Shown here piece by piece: positions 1 to 9,021 of a stretch of DNA of 64,000 bases. This DNA comes from a virus. The stretch spans positions 1-64,000 of IMG/VR virus record IMGVR_UViG_3300048834_000128, one strand, 5' to 3'. The stretch's first letter is position 1. Every line of letters begins with the position of its first letter. The position numbers were made by a program, and so were the translations under genes. The notes beneath the pieces were generated by a model. It was not told the origin of the DNA, did not search any database, and worked only from the letters and a program-made list of their open reading frames with translations.

Positions 1-131
1 CAGCAGCATCAGCAGCATCAGCATAAGCAGCAGCAGCAGCAGCATCAGCAGCATCAGCATAAGCAGCAGCAGCAGCAGCATCAGCAGCATCAGCATAAGC
101 AGCAGCAGCAGCAGCATCAGCAGCATCAGCA
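1..131. repeat. 36-bp coding tandem repeat (~3.6 copies) within a GCA-rich tract extending to ~215
   Basis: Unit CAGCAGCATCAGCAGCATCAGCATAAGCAGCAGCAG at 1-36, 37-72, 73-108, partial 109-131. Confidence 0.9.
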
Positions 132-499
132 GCATCATAAGCAGCATCAGCAGCAGCAGCAGCAGCATAAGCAGCATAAGCATAAGCAGCATAAGCAGCA
201 GCATAAGCAGCAGCCATTAAATCACTATCACTACATTCATTATTACCATACTTAATGGCAATCTCAACCGCTTTTCTACTTCTTTCATCCTTCATAAGAT
301 GAAGCACCGTTGCAGCACAATGACCTTTGGCAAGTGTAAGTTTGCGAATATCCATACCCACTTTTTTAGCCAACCATAGAAGCCAATCACCCCTATGACA
401 GGTCTCTACCACTTTTTCAATGGTCATGTCTTTAGCCCATACCTTTGCGTCATAGCACGCATTCAGTTCAATGAGCAGTTGTTTAAATGTTTTATTCAT
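1..499 (-). CDS. Hypothetical protein with Ala/Asp/Tyr low-complexity C-terminus (Imm5-like phage family); runs off window start
   Basis: Manual translation from ATG at 499: MNKTFKQLLIELNACYDAKVWAKDMTIEKVVETCHRGDWLLWLAKKVG...MAAAYAAAYAAYAYAAYAAAAAAADAAYDAADAA...; absent from ORF track because no stop lies in the window. Confidence 0.75.
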   Translation of the reverse strand, partial: MNKTFKQLLIELNACYDAKVWAKDMTIEKVVETCHRGDWLLWLAKKVGMDIRKLTLAKGHCAATVLHLMKDERSRKAVEIAIKYGNNECSDSDLMAAAYAAAYAAYAYAAYAAAAAADAAYDAADAADAAAAAAYADAADAAAAAAYADAADAAAAAAYADAADAA

Positions 500-520
500 G
501 GTGTCTTTTATTAGCATGGT

Positions 521-736
521 TTAAATAATTGGTTTCCCGTTGTTGTCTCTTTTTCTGAAATTACTTACACTATTAAAACTATCCTCCATGTACATAAATT
601 CATCGTAATCATCAGCGTCCAATCCTTCCGAGTGAAATTTACATTTAGTTTCAATAAACTGAACAAGTTGCTCAATGGTATAATCCCTGCCATCTAAGGC
701 GGTTTTAAGTCTTTCTGCTATTTCTTTATTATTCAT
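521..736 (-). CDS. Small acidic hypothetical protein
   Basis: ORF track; co-oriented with early cluster. Confidence 0.65.
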   Translation of the reverse strand: MNNKEIAERLKTALDGRDYTIEQLVQFIETKCKFHSEGLDADDYDEFMYMEDSFNSVSNFRKRDNNGKPII

Positions 737-750
737 AGGTGCAAAGTAAA

Positions 751-858
751 TTATGGTTTAAAGTTGTTTTTCTGGTTTTCGCTTTTGCCTATATGGTGTC
801 CGTACCATATCATCCCCACAAAGCATAAAAGGGCTATTGAGTCTATTAGTAGTGCCAT
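751..858 (-). CDS. 35-aa single-TM peptide
   Basis: Manual: MALLIDSIALLCFVGMIWYGHHIGKSENQKNNFKP; ATG overlaps upstream stop. Confidence 0.5.
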   Translation of the reverse strand: MALLIDSIALLCFVGMIWYGHHIGKSENQKNNFKP

Positions 859-1157
859 TAGTTCAGATTGTTCAAATGTTTCTCAACGTAATTCCTATAT
901 GACAAATATACGCTTTCGGTATCTCCCTTGAGTGCTTTTGCCAATGAATCAAGTCCCTCATACCTCCGCTTTAATCCAATCAACGTATGTCGGGCATAAG
1001 ATAGCAGCCTTTCATCCGGAATTGTGTCGGGAGGATCCGCGAGGCGTTTGATGTGCCTGAAGAATCTTTGCGTCTCCAGAACAAGGTCATCAATGGGCTT
1101 TGACTTTAGGAACGAAACGTATGTTCCTGGTGCGATATGTACTCTTATGTAGGTCAT
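858..1157 (-). CDS. Hypothetical protein
   Basis: ORF track, tight packing. Confidence 0.65.
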   Translation of the reverse strand: MTYIRVHIAPGTYVSFLKSKPIDDLVLETQRFFRHIKRLADPPDTIPDERLLSYARHTLIGLKRRYEGLDSLAKALKGDTESVYLSYRNYVEKHLNNLN

Positions 1158-1164
1158 GGGGTGT

Positions 1165-1920
1165 TTAGATTATTCTGATTATTGAATTTCCTCCCAATCC
1201 TATAGGCAATATCACATCTGCCAATCCGTTACCATTCATAGATGATACAAAACCATCCAAACTCCATACGTTGCCTTGTTCCTCCGCTTTATCCATGAAA
1301 TCTTCGTCACTCAATCCTTCAATGTCATTAGGGTGTACATCTTCGCCTTCTTCAATATCTATCAAATACACCCTTTTTTCCTTTGGGGCAATTCGTTCGG
1401 GTTTTACTCCTGTGTAGGTTGAAATTTCAAATATATCGGGGGATGTGTGCAACCAATCATCAATACACTCATGTAATGGCTTTTCTGTCTTATCATATCC
1501 GCTTTTTACAAAGGCTGCATATATGCCTCTTAATCTGTCAAATTGTTCATCATAAGGTAAATCTCTAAATTCATCAAATGTATTAGATAATATCATTGCC
1601 AATAAATACTCGTCATAGGCAAAACCTGCATTTGGTTTTGGTTCACTTTCTCCATAGATAGCCATTCGCTCAAAGCAAATATCTCTTGTTTCTTCTTCCC
1701 CATCATTTATAAATTTGACATTTAAAGTGGCTAACCAATCATTTAAGACAATTAACGCTTCCTTTTCGTCAAATTCGACGTTGTTGGCATCATAATGCTC
1801 TGAAATTGCTTGTTTGATAAGTTCTAATGAATTATTAGGGTTTTGTTCGTCGTGGGCGATAATTCCGACACTTCCTGTGTCAGATTCTCTGTATTCTTCT
1901 GTTAGAATAAAATGTTTCAT
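1165..1920 (-). CDS. Acidic hypothetical early protein
   Basis: 251 aa, strongly D/E rich; leader would be generated by hammerhead cleavage. Confidence 0.75.
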   Translation of the reverse strand: MKHFILTEEYRESDTGSVGIIAHDEQNPNNSLELIKQAISEHYDANNVEFDEKEALIVLNDWLATLNVKFINDGEEETRDICFERMAIYGESEPKPNAGFAYDEYLLAMILSNTFDEFRDLPYDEQFDRLRGIYAAFVKSGYDKTEKPLHECIDDWLHTSPDIFEISTYTGVKPERIAPKEKRVYLIDIEEGEDVHPNDIEGLSDEDFMDKAEEQGNVWSLDGFVSSMNGNGLADVILPIGLGGNSIIRII

Positions 1921-1941
1921 TTGTATTGTTATTTAAAATTT

Positions 1942-1991
1942 GTTTACTACCCCTTTCGGGGTTTCGATTACTTAAATCTCATCAGGTAAAC
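1942..1991 (-). ncRNA. Hammerhead ribozyme (type I)
   Basis: Minus strand reads GUUUAC-CUGAUGA-GAUU(UAAGU)AAUC-GAAA-CCCC(GAAA)GGGG-UA|GUAAAC: full catalytic core, three perfect stems, GUA cleavage triplet. Confidence 0.9.
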
Positions 1992-1998
1992 TTTATGG

Positions 1999-2376
1999 TT
2001 AATCTTCGCCGTCGCTTTCGTCATACACAAGCAATTCTTCAGGCGTTCCAACAAATTTATCGACTTTGATTTGAATTTTGCCGTCAACAAACCTTACTTC
2101 GTAATCATATCCCTGAATGTCGTCGGGGGTGGTCATATAGAATCCCCCTATCTTGGCTTTCTGTGATGCTACATATTGGGCGGCAAGACAGCCCATCCCG
2201 TTTGCAAATCCGCTTTCCATAGTCATTTCAGAATTATACCCGTTGACTATTTTTTTGTCCTTTAGCCAATTTGCAAGATCGTGTCCTACTCCTGAAATGT
2301 AGCCGTCATACTGTTGATAGATTGAACATACACAATGTTCTCCGTCAAAAAACTTGGTTGTGCTTCTTGTACCCAT
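1999..2376 (-). CDS. Conserved phage hypothetical protein (MGTRS...YxxxDGY family)
   Basis: MGTRSTT...SIYQQYDGYISGVG motif common in phage early genes. Confidence 0.75.
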   Translation of the reverse strand: MGTRSTTKFFDGEHCVCSIYQQYDGYISGVGHDLANWLKDKKIVNGYNSEMTMESGFANGMGCLAAQYVASQKAKIGGFYMTTPDDIQGYDYEVRFVDGKIQIKVDKFVGTPEELLVYDESDGED

Positions 2377-2431
2377 AATATTTATTATTTATTTAAAATT
2401 TGTTTAATGTTAAAAATGCTTTTTGCAATGA

Positions 2432-2737
2432 TTAATATAGTTCTATTTCAGTTATAAATGCAGTCAGTTTGTGTTTTCTTTCCTTCGGTTCGCTTTCCCA
2501 TACTCCGGTTTGGAAATTAACCTTATAGGACAAATTACCGCTTTCATTTTTAACCTTGCGAAATTGCCCTAATGAAATTCCGCTTTTAAAATGGTTGTTT
2601 AGCGCATTCCATACCTTTGAGTGGTTTGGCTTATCAAAATGCTCGTCGTGTCGTTTGTGTTTTATTACTGCTACATTTTCGGGCATTATTCCACCATTTA
2701 AAGGGTTTCTATTAATAGAAATTAATAAGTATTTCAT
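2432..2737 (-). CDS. Hypothetical protein
   Basis: ORF track; ATG at 2737 after A-rich leader preferred. Confidence 0.6.
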   Translation of the reverse strand: MKYLLISINRNPLNGGIMPENVAVIKHKRHDEHFDKPNHSKVWNALNNHFKSGISLGQFRKVKNESGNLSYKVNFQTGVWESEPKERKHKLTAFITEIELY

Positions 2738-2777
2738 TGTATTTATTTTGTTTAATGTTTCCGCTTTTAGCAATATG

Positions 2778-3011
2778 TCAGTTTGAATGAAATTTGATAA
2801 ATGCTTTCAATTGCTGATAATCGTCATTGATCTGCTTTATCTCATTGTTGACCTTATCATCATATATATCAATCTCGAAATGTTTAATTCCTCCCTCAAA
2901 TTGCAATTTCTGTATTCTTGTGAGATTTGTGGGCTTAAGAATAATATTAACTATTCTTTGCGGGGGTGTGGTGTTCATTGATACCTGAACATTTAAAAGT
3001 GCTTTTTGCAT
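2778..3011 (-). CDS. Hypothetical protein
   Basis: ORF track. Confidence 0.6.
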   Translation of the reverse strand: MQKALLNVQVSMNTTPPQRIVNIILKPTNLTRIQKLQFEGGIKHFEIDIYDDKVNNEIKQINDDYQQLKAFIKFHSN

Positions 3012-3019
3012 AATATTGT

Positions 3020-3166
3020 TTATTTCGCTTTGTCGATCAGTTCATAAAGCCTATCAATTGAGGGAGCTGCCTTTACTTTGCCGGCTGCCGTTCCAATCCA
3101 GGTAAAACCGTTTCGCCTAACCTGATAACCTTTATAATCGTGGGGGTAAATTGTGATTGTTTGCAT
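3020..3166 (-). CDS. 48-aa hypothetical protein
   Basis: Manual: MQTITIYPHDYKGYQVRRNGFTWIGTAAGKVKAAPSIDRLYELIDKAK; fills the gap exactly. Confidence 0.55.
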   Translation of the reverse strand: MQTITIYPHDYKGYQVRRNGFTWIGTAAGKVKAAPSIDRLYELIDKAK

Positions 3167-3170
3167 GGTG

Positions 3171-3335
3171 TTATAGATTAAATCCGTTTCTTATCAATCG
3201 TTGTTCAAAGTGTTTCCAGTCTCCGCGCTCGGATCGTGTTAATACCTTGTTTTCTGCTTTCAGATAGGCGGTTTCTTGTTGTATGGTTCCGCGTCTGTTT
3301 ATTTTGGTGTGCAGGGTTTTGGCTGTGTGTGTCAT
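3171..3335 (-). CDS. Small basic hypothetical protein
   Basis: ATG at 3335 just after upstream stop. Confidence 0.55.
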   Translation of the reverse strand: MTHTAKTLHTKINRRGTIQQETAYLKAENKVLTRSERGDWKHFEQRLIRNGFNL

Positions 3336-3339
3336 AGGG

Positions 3340-3864
3340 TTAGAAATTAAATATTTTGCCACTTTCCAAAAAATCATACTCATTCGCGTCAATCGTTTCT
3401 ATTACTGCTTCATCTGTGCATCTGTATTCATACTCATTTTGCAGTAAAATAGAATAATCCTCTAAAATATCCACTAAAAAATCATCGTCCAATTCATTTA
3501 GTTTGTCATCCATATCTCCCTCATTGATAAATTCTCCGTCATCATCTCTCTCCCACGTATCTATAAGGCTGTCGCGTTCTGAAAGGTAATTTTCTGCTGT
3601 TTTGTATGTTTCGCACATATCGCCATGATCTGCTATTATCTTATTGGCGCAATGTTCGGCACTCTCAATAAATTTGCCGTCTGCGTGTCTGTTTCTGTCA
3701 AGGTCAAAAGACGTGATTTTTAAGCCTACATTCTCCGCGTCATCATACATATTATCCCACCATTCATGTTCTGTGTTTATGTCTCTTAATTCGTCAATTG
3801 CTTTTGCCTGCGCGTCTTCACTTAATTCGTTGAATTTGTAAGTGTTAATAATTACTTGTTTCAT
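3340..3864 (-). CDS. Very acidic hypothetical protein (candidate DNA mimic)
   Basis: YKFNELSEDAQAKA...EAVIETIDANEYDF motifs recurrent in phage early genes; D/E rich. Confidence 0.75.
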   Translation of the reverse strand: MKQVIINTYKFNELSEDAQAKAIDELRDINTEHEWWDNMYDDAENVGLKITSFDLDRNRHADGKFIESAEHCANKIIADHGDMCETYKTAENYLSERDSLIDTWERDDDGEFINEGDMDDKLNELDDDFLVDILEDYSILLQNEYEYRCTDEAVIETIDANEYDFLESGKIFNF

Positions 3865-3958
3865 CTGTTTGTATTGTTTAAAAAGGTTATTGTTTAGTTG
3901 GTTGTCGGTTTGCGGGGGTGCTGTTAAGCCTTCCCCCTAACAAACAAACAAAAGGTTT

Positions 3959-4576
3959 TTAGTTGATCCTATAAATATAGAATGTTTGGTTTATTGATTC
4001 GTTGATACCATGTAAAGAAATACGTTCTTCGTCTTCGTTGCCGTCGTAACTGTTTATAAAATGGCCGCGTCCGTCGGCGCTTATGGCTGCCTCGATAAAT
4101 TCGTCCATATCTTCTATAAGGGCTTCAATGGTATCATTTGCGCTTTCGCACTTTTCGCGCTGGAATGACTCGATCATTTCCTTTGCCTCGTATGGTAATT
4201 TTGAATTTTCAATAATAAATGAAGCATTAAACGCCCAAAGTGAATCTTTAATGTATTCGGCTGTTTTTTCATTTGCCTCGTCGTCTGTCAGTACCATATA
4301 GTTGTCTTTTTCGCCGTCGTCGTCGGTTGGCTCAACTTCTGAAAGGTTATTTTCGCACCATATAATAAAGTCTATTTCTTCACCTTCTTCAAGCTCTATG
4401 TGCGCTTGTTTTCTTGCGTCCTCCTCTGTTCCTTCGTAGGCTTTGCCGTCGATGATAAAAAAGTCCTCCCCGTTGTATTGCATTAATGCAAGAGCTTTCA
4501 TGAGGTTTGTGTCTTCACTGATTGAAATTAATTGTTCATCAGTGTTTGTTTGCGGGTTTAAATTGTTGTTTGTCAT
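3959..4576 (-). CDS. Very acidic hypothetical protein (candidate anti-restriction DNA mimic)
   Basis: VLTDDEA...DGRGHFINSYDGNE motif; D/E rich. Confidence 0.75.
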   Translation of the reverse strand: MTNNNLNPQTNTDEQLISISEDTNLMKALALMQYNGEDFFIIDGKAYEGTEEDARKQAHIELEEGEEIDFIIWCENNLSEVEPTDDDGEKDNYMVLTDDEANEKTAEYIKDSLWAFNASFIIENSKLPYEAKEMIESFQREKCESANDTIEALIEDMDEFIEAAISADGRGHFINSYDGNEDEERISLHGINESINQTFYIYRIN

Positions 4577-4606
4577 TGTATTAAATATTAATTGTTTGTT
4601 TATTGG

Positions 4607-4843
4607 TTAAAAGTCATTTTGCGCAAAATTTGCAACGTCGATTAAATCTGATACGTTCTTATGGTTTTTTGAAATGGCTGTTTGTATCTTGCTTTCAATA
4701 TATGTTTGAAAGCTCACTATTGCCCACATACCTATATTATTATAATCATCACAAAGTTTTTTATATAACTTATGTTGTTTTGATGATAAAGAGCATCTAT
4801 AAGATGATTCTGTTGTTTCGGTGTATTGTTTTGTCGTTTGCAT
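4607..4843 (-). CDS. Hypothetical protein, first gene of early operon (probably leaderless)
   Basis: Minus-strand -7 box TACCTTTG at 4848-4855, 4 nt from ATG. Confidence 0.6.
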   Translation of the reverse strand: MQTTKQYTETTESSYRCSLSSKQHKLYKKLCDDYNNIGMWAIVSFQTYIESKIQTAISKNHKNVSDLIDVANFAQNDF

Positions 4844-4847
4844 GGTA

Positions 4848-4880
4848 CAAAGGTAATACGATATATTACATTTGCAAATA
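4848..4880 (-). promoter_or_regulatory. Bacteroidota sigma70-type promoter for the leftward early operon, with overlapping operator-like motif
   Basis: TACCTTTG (-7) and TTTG upstream on minus strand; TAATACGATATATTACA motif. Confidence 0.65.
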
Positions 4881-4983
4881 AATTCTGAAATATTTTTATA
4901 GAATTGTCTTAGTTAATTGATTATTAACCGATTAAATTTTAAAATAAATTTATAGAATGGATATAAAACAGCCTAAAAAATGA

Positions 4984-5670
4984 CTATTTCTTGTTCAATT
5001 TGGTGTCAATTGTCTCCAAATCCTGCACTAAAAAATGTCCAGTTATATCCTTATGCAATTTTTCATACGCTGCAAAATAGTCCTTCATTGCTATTTTGCC
5101 TTGTCTGGTCATTGCGAAGTGTGGGGACTGTTTCCGGCTCTTTGGCTTAACTTTCTTTGTTCTGGCATATATTCTATTTGCGTCCAATTCTTCAATCCAG
5201 CCCTTTTGAATAATCATTTCAAAAGTTTCCTCTATCTCATATTTATAAAAACCTGACTTTCGTACATTCTGTTTAGTAAATAGCCCTCCTGGCATTAATT
5301 CGCTTATTGAATAAACCAAACAAAGCATATCTATCTGATATTTGGAAAGTCCGCGAAGCGGGGAGCGCACCGAATTGTTAAGCGCTTTAATGATCCTTTC
5401 ATGTAAAACGCCTATTAAAACAGATTGAGCATAAAATGATTTCTTTAATTCATTCTCATAATAGACTTTAAAACGTCTTGTCAATTCTTTGTTAAATCTA
5501 TCCGCTAAGCGCCTATCAAAACCAAATAGATCATCTAATTCAATCCGGCCAATAATATCCATTTCCTCCCTACTAAACGGCCTTAACTTATTTGGGCGCC
5601 CTTGTCTTCTAATAACAGGTACAAAACCCGAAGGGGGCGGAGCCGGTGAAACAATTATATTATCACTCAT
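4984..5670 (-). CDS. Putative winged-helix (MarR-like) DNA-binding protein
   Basis: C-terminal pattern ...EETFEMIIQKGWIEE...HFAMTRQGKIAM resembles wHTH wing. Confidence 0.5.
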   Translation of the reverse strand: MSDNIIVSPAPPPSGFVPVIRRQGRPNKLRPFSREEMDIIGRIELDDLFGFDRRLADRFNKELTRRFKVYYENELKKSFYAQSVLIGVLHERIIKALNNSVRSPLRGLSKYQIDMLCLVYSISELMPGGLFTKQNVRKSGFYKYEIEETFEMIIQKGWIEELDANRIYARTKKVKPKSRKQSPHFAMTRQGKIAMKDYFAAYEKLHKDITGHFLVQDLETIDTKLNKK

Positions 5671-6466
5671 TGTTTTTAATCGCCATTATATAGTACCTTG
5701 CATTACATAGTACCGATTTTATTCAATCTTGCCTTATTCATTTTAGTATAATTCAATGTGTTTAAAATGGTAATTAGTATAAAGAAAATAAATAAACATT
5801 AGAATTGCTTTATTTCGTGCGTTTTGCGGGTATTTTACGATATTGGCTACTGATGACATACCTCATTCAATTTGCGTTCATTACGTGCCAAATATGAGCG
5901 TTTTTGCATTTCGTGTTTATTCATTCTTCACTATGCTTTTGTTTACCTTTGTATTTCAATCATTAAACAAACTACACTTAATTACAGTTTACTATTTACC
6001 AACTTTCTAAAATAACTACTATGTACTCTCATTATCAGTGCTTTATGTGTCATTGGATCGCTTTGGCTTTAGGTGAATAATCAATATTATGATGGCTTAT
6101 AGTTATATTAATTGTAAGTTATGTTAAGTAATTGAGGGGGTGGCTTCCGTAACTTCGGGTTTCGTTTGGGATCTTGCATACCCCGTTCTGTATAGTGACC
6201 ACTTCACTCCAACTAAACAAAGTATCAGACATAACTATTTCTAACATTCAACAAATATAGTGGAGTTGGGGTGAGAAAAACAAGGGGTGTGTGGTTAAGT
6301 AAGTGGTTTATAGGCGATTAAAGTTAAGACGGGGTACTGACGTAAAAGGGAGGTGATGGGGTGCTGAAAATAGGGGCATTAGGTTTTTGGCATAGTAAAC
6401 ACCGCATGAAAATAAAAAAACTATGGCTAATTTGGTGAAGTGGAATATTTGATATATGTTTGCGGC

Positions 6467-6727
6467 ATGAGAACGAAAGGAAAAAAGAGGAAGGGGAATA
6501 TTTTCAAGGAGTATTTCACCCTGGTTGAGTTGAGTAGGGCGTTCGGTTATAAGAATCCGAACAGTTACTATAGTAGTAATGGGCGACCTCTGTTTGATGA
6601 GGGGATCGGGTTTGTCGTGGAGAGGGTCTGTGAGGTGAAGGATGCTGAGATCGCCCGGTTGCGTCGGATGGTTGCGGCGTCGCTTGGCGAAGGGGAAAAG
6701 AGTGAACAAGGGGGTGGTGGGGTATGA
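6467..6727 (+). CDS. Small putative DNA-binding protein (leaderless)
   Basis: TATGTTTG at 6455-6462 directly before ATG; HTH-like TLVELSRAFGYKNPNSY. Confidence 0.55.
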   Translation: MRTKGKKRKGNIFKEYFTLVELSRAFGYKNPNSYYSSNGRPLFDEGIGFVVERVCEVKDAEIARLRRMVAASLGEGEKSEQGGGGV

Positions 6728-7704
6728 GTGTTTTGAGGACTGATAATATTGAAACCTTCAAAGGCGCCCAATACAGGGTTGTCAGAGGATATCCCGACTA
6801 TCTCGTTTCTGAATACGGGGTGATAATTCATAGGACGAAAGGGTTTGTCAAGGTACATACCAATAAGACAGGATACCGGTTCTGCAGACTCAAGGACTCC
6901 ACAGGGAAATGGATGTCCTGGTTCGTGCACCGGTTCGTCGCTACCGCCTGGATTGAAAACCCTACCCGCAAACCTACCGTCAACCATATTGATGGAGTAA
7001 AGCATAATAACGTGGTGTCGAATCTCGAATGGGCCACAATGAAGGAGCAGATTGACCATGCCCACGGTATGGGACTCATAGTTCACAAGTCCGGCCAGGA
7101 CCATTGGGCGCATGGGATAACCCTGTCTAAAGAGCAAAAAGAGAAAATGTCGCTTGCCAAGACCGGGGAACGACATCCCAGGTTCAAGGGATACTACATC
7201 ACCCCTTTAGGGAAATTCAGCAGCGTCAGAAGTGCCGGCCACGCCCACGGATGGTCGGGAGTCTATTTCAGTACCAGGTTCGCTAAGGAAATACTGAACG
7301 CTACGCCAGGATGGTCCTTTGAAGGGGATTACTCCTCGGTACAGATTAAAAACGAACTGCAAAGACGCGAAAACCCATCTGACCCTGAAATCACAAAAAA
7401 AAGAATGTCTGATTCCAAATTGGGCGAACGTCACCCCAAATTCAAAGGCTGGTACGTCACACCTATAGGCAGGTTTATAAATACCAAGGAAGGCGGTGAG
7501 GCTTACGGGATTTCAAGGGTCGGATTCTTCAGAAAATTCAACAGGGAGGTCAAAAAAGGCACCGATGGATGGACGTTTGACAGGATACCTCCGCTCGCAG
7601 TCTCCGCTCTAAGGGAAAAATTGCCCCAATTGGAACACAAGATCAAGGGACGGAATGATGCAAAATACCCGTTCACCGAAACGGGTGAACCTGAAGATCA
7701 ATAG
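6724..7704 (+). CDS. NUMOD4-HNH homing endonuclease with NUMOD3-like repeats
   Basis: VHRFVATAWIENP...VNHIDGVKHNNVVSNLEW; repeated KMSxxKxGERHPxFKGxYxTPxGxF. Confidence 0.9.
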   Translation: MSVLRTDNIETFKGAQYRVVRGYPDYLVSEYGVIIHRTKGFVKVHTNKTGYRFCRLKDSTGKWMSWFVHRFVATAWIENPTRKPTVNHIDGVKHNNVVSNLEWATMKEQIDHAHGMGLIVHKSGQDHWAHGITLSKEQKEKMSLAKTGERHPRFKGYYITPLGKFSSVRSAGHAHGWSGVYFSTRFAKEILNATPGWSFEGDYSSVQIKNELQRRENPSDPEITKKRMSDSKLGERHPKFKGWYVTPIGRFINTKEGGEAYGISRVGFFRKFNREVKKGTDGWTFDRIPPLAVSALREKLPQLEHKIKGRNDAKYPFTETGEPEDQ

Positions 7705-7722
7705 GATAACAACACTTTCATT

Positions 7723-8439
7723 ATGAACGAAATAATAAAAATTACGGAAAAAGACGGACGCCAGATCGTGTCCGCAAGGGAACTCTATGATTACCTGGAG
7801 TACCACAAAGGCCAGTTTGCAAGATGGGCCAAACAGACAATTACCAACAATCAGTTCGCTTCTGAAGGAGATGATTGGGTAGGGGTCAACATAGTTGTCG
7901 AGGGGAACCATGTAATGGACTACGCACTAAGCCTGTCCTTTGCCAAGAAAATCACCATGCTCTCCCAATCGGTAAAAGGGAACCGTATCAGAGAGTACTT
8001 CATTGAGTGCGAACGACTCGCTTTGACTAAGTATATAACCCCCAAAGACCTCTCCCGTAAGGAAATCCTGCTACTCGCCCTCGAAGCCGAAGAACGTGCC
8101 GAAAAAGCACAGAAACTCCTCGATGAAGCCAAACCTAAAGTGGATTTCTACGATGAAGTCACCGAAAGCAAGGATGTACTGGACTTCGGGCAGGTCGCCA
8201 AACTGATAAATAAGAAAGGGTTCGGAAGGAACAATCTGTTTGAGTTCCTGAGGAATAAGAAGGTCCTGATGCACAACAACAATCCATATCAATCGCATAT
8301 TGACAATGGTTATTTCAAGATGGTGGAGACAAGATGGACAGACAGGAACGGAGACACCAAAATAAACATCAAGACCGTCGTGTTTCAGAAAGGGGTTGAC
8401 TATATTCTCAGGCTATTGAAGAAAGAAGGGATTGAATAG
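7723..8439 (+). CDS. Phage antirepressor (AntA/AntB N-terminus + KilAC domain)
   Basis: VSARELYDYLE...DYALSLSFAKKI...IREYFIECER; KPKVDFYD...GRNNLFEFLRNKKVL...PYQ...TVVFQKG. Confidence 0.9.
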   Translation: MNEIIKITEKDGRQIVSARELYDYLEYHKGQFARWAKQTITNNQFASEGDDWVGVNIVVEGNHVMDYALSLSFAKKITMLSQSVKGNRIREYFIECERLALTKYITPKDLSRKEILLLALEAEERAEKAQKLLDEAKPKVDFYDEVTESKDVLDFGQVAKLINKKGFGRNNLFEFLRNKKVLMHNNNPYQSHIDNGYFKMVETRWTDRNGDTKINIKTVVFQKGVDYILRLLKKEGIE

Positions 8440-8512
8440 TTACGATTAACCTAATACCATACTAATTTAACCATAAATAATGAAAAATATTTCAAAAATA
8501 TCTTGGTAAACG

Positions 8513-8533
8513 TAATACGATTTAATACATTTG
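8513..8533 (+). promoter_or_regulatory. Middle promoter with operator-like motif
   Basis: TAATACGATTTAATACATTTG, ATG at 8539. Confidence 0.65.
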
Positions 8534-8538
8534 CAATC

Positions 8539-9021
8539 ATGACACAGACATTACCCGTAGTAGCAGTTTGCCTTCTTATTCTCGGAGCCATCGCCTTCAT
8601 TGTCGGGATGCTTCGCAAGAGGGCACATCAGACACCACAATCTTCGATAGATAAGTATGAAATGATTGATATGAATATCGAAAATCTGAAATCAGGCGAT
8701 ATAATGGTTCCGCACGGCACCTCTTATATAAAGATTCCTTCACCTTACTACTCAGGAAGACAAGACATCAACCCCGAATTTGCCCAAACAACAGGCGTTA
8801 CGGACGATGATTTGACGGAGTTTGAAGATACGACGGGATTTATCAAAGACGAACCGATAGAAGACCCGAGGATTGTAGAATTGTTCGGCAAGATAGGGGC
8901 ATATCAGAAACAACTCAGATATTGGAAGGGCGACGTACTTAAAGAAGCGGAATACACGGGACTTATCAATGAGTGCCTTAGAAACATCGACAAGATAAGA
9001 AAGGAGAATGACAATGGTTGA
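8539..9021 (+). CDS. Membrane-anchored hypothetical protein
   Basis: N-terminal hydrophobic helix; start placed at ATG 8539 behind promoter. Confidence 0.7.
   Translation: MTQTLPVVAVCLLILGAIAFIVGMLRKRAHQTPQSSIDKYEMIDMNIENLKSGDIMVPHGTSYIKIPSPYYSGRQDINPEFAQTTGVTDDDLTEFEDTTGFIKDEPIEDPRIVELFGKIGAYQKQLRYWKGDVLKEAEYTGLINECLRNIDKIRKENDNG

Noticed and set aside
1-215. GCA-rich repeats as a CRISPR array
   Set aside because: No unique spacers; the tract is an in-frame Ala/Asp/Tyr coding repeat.
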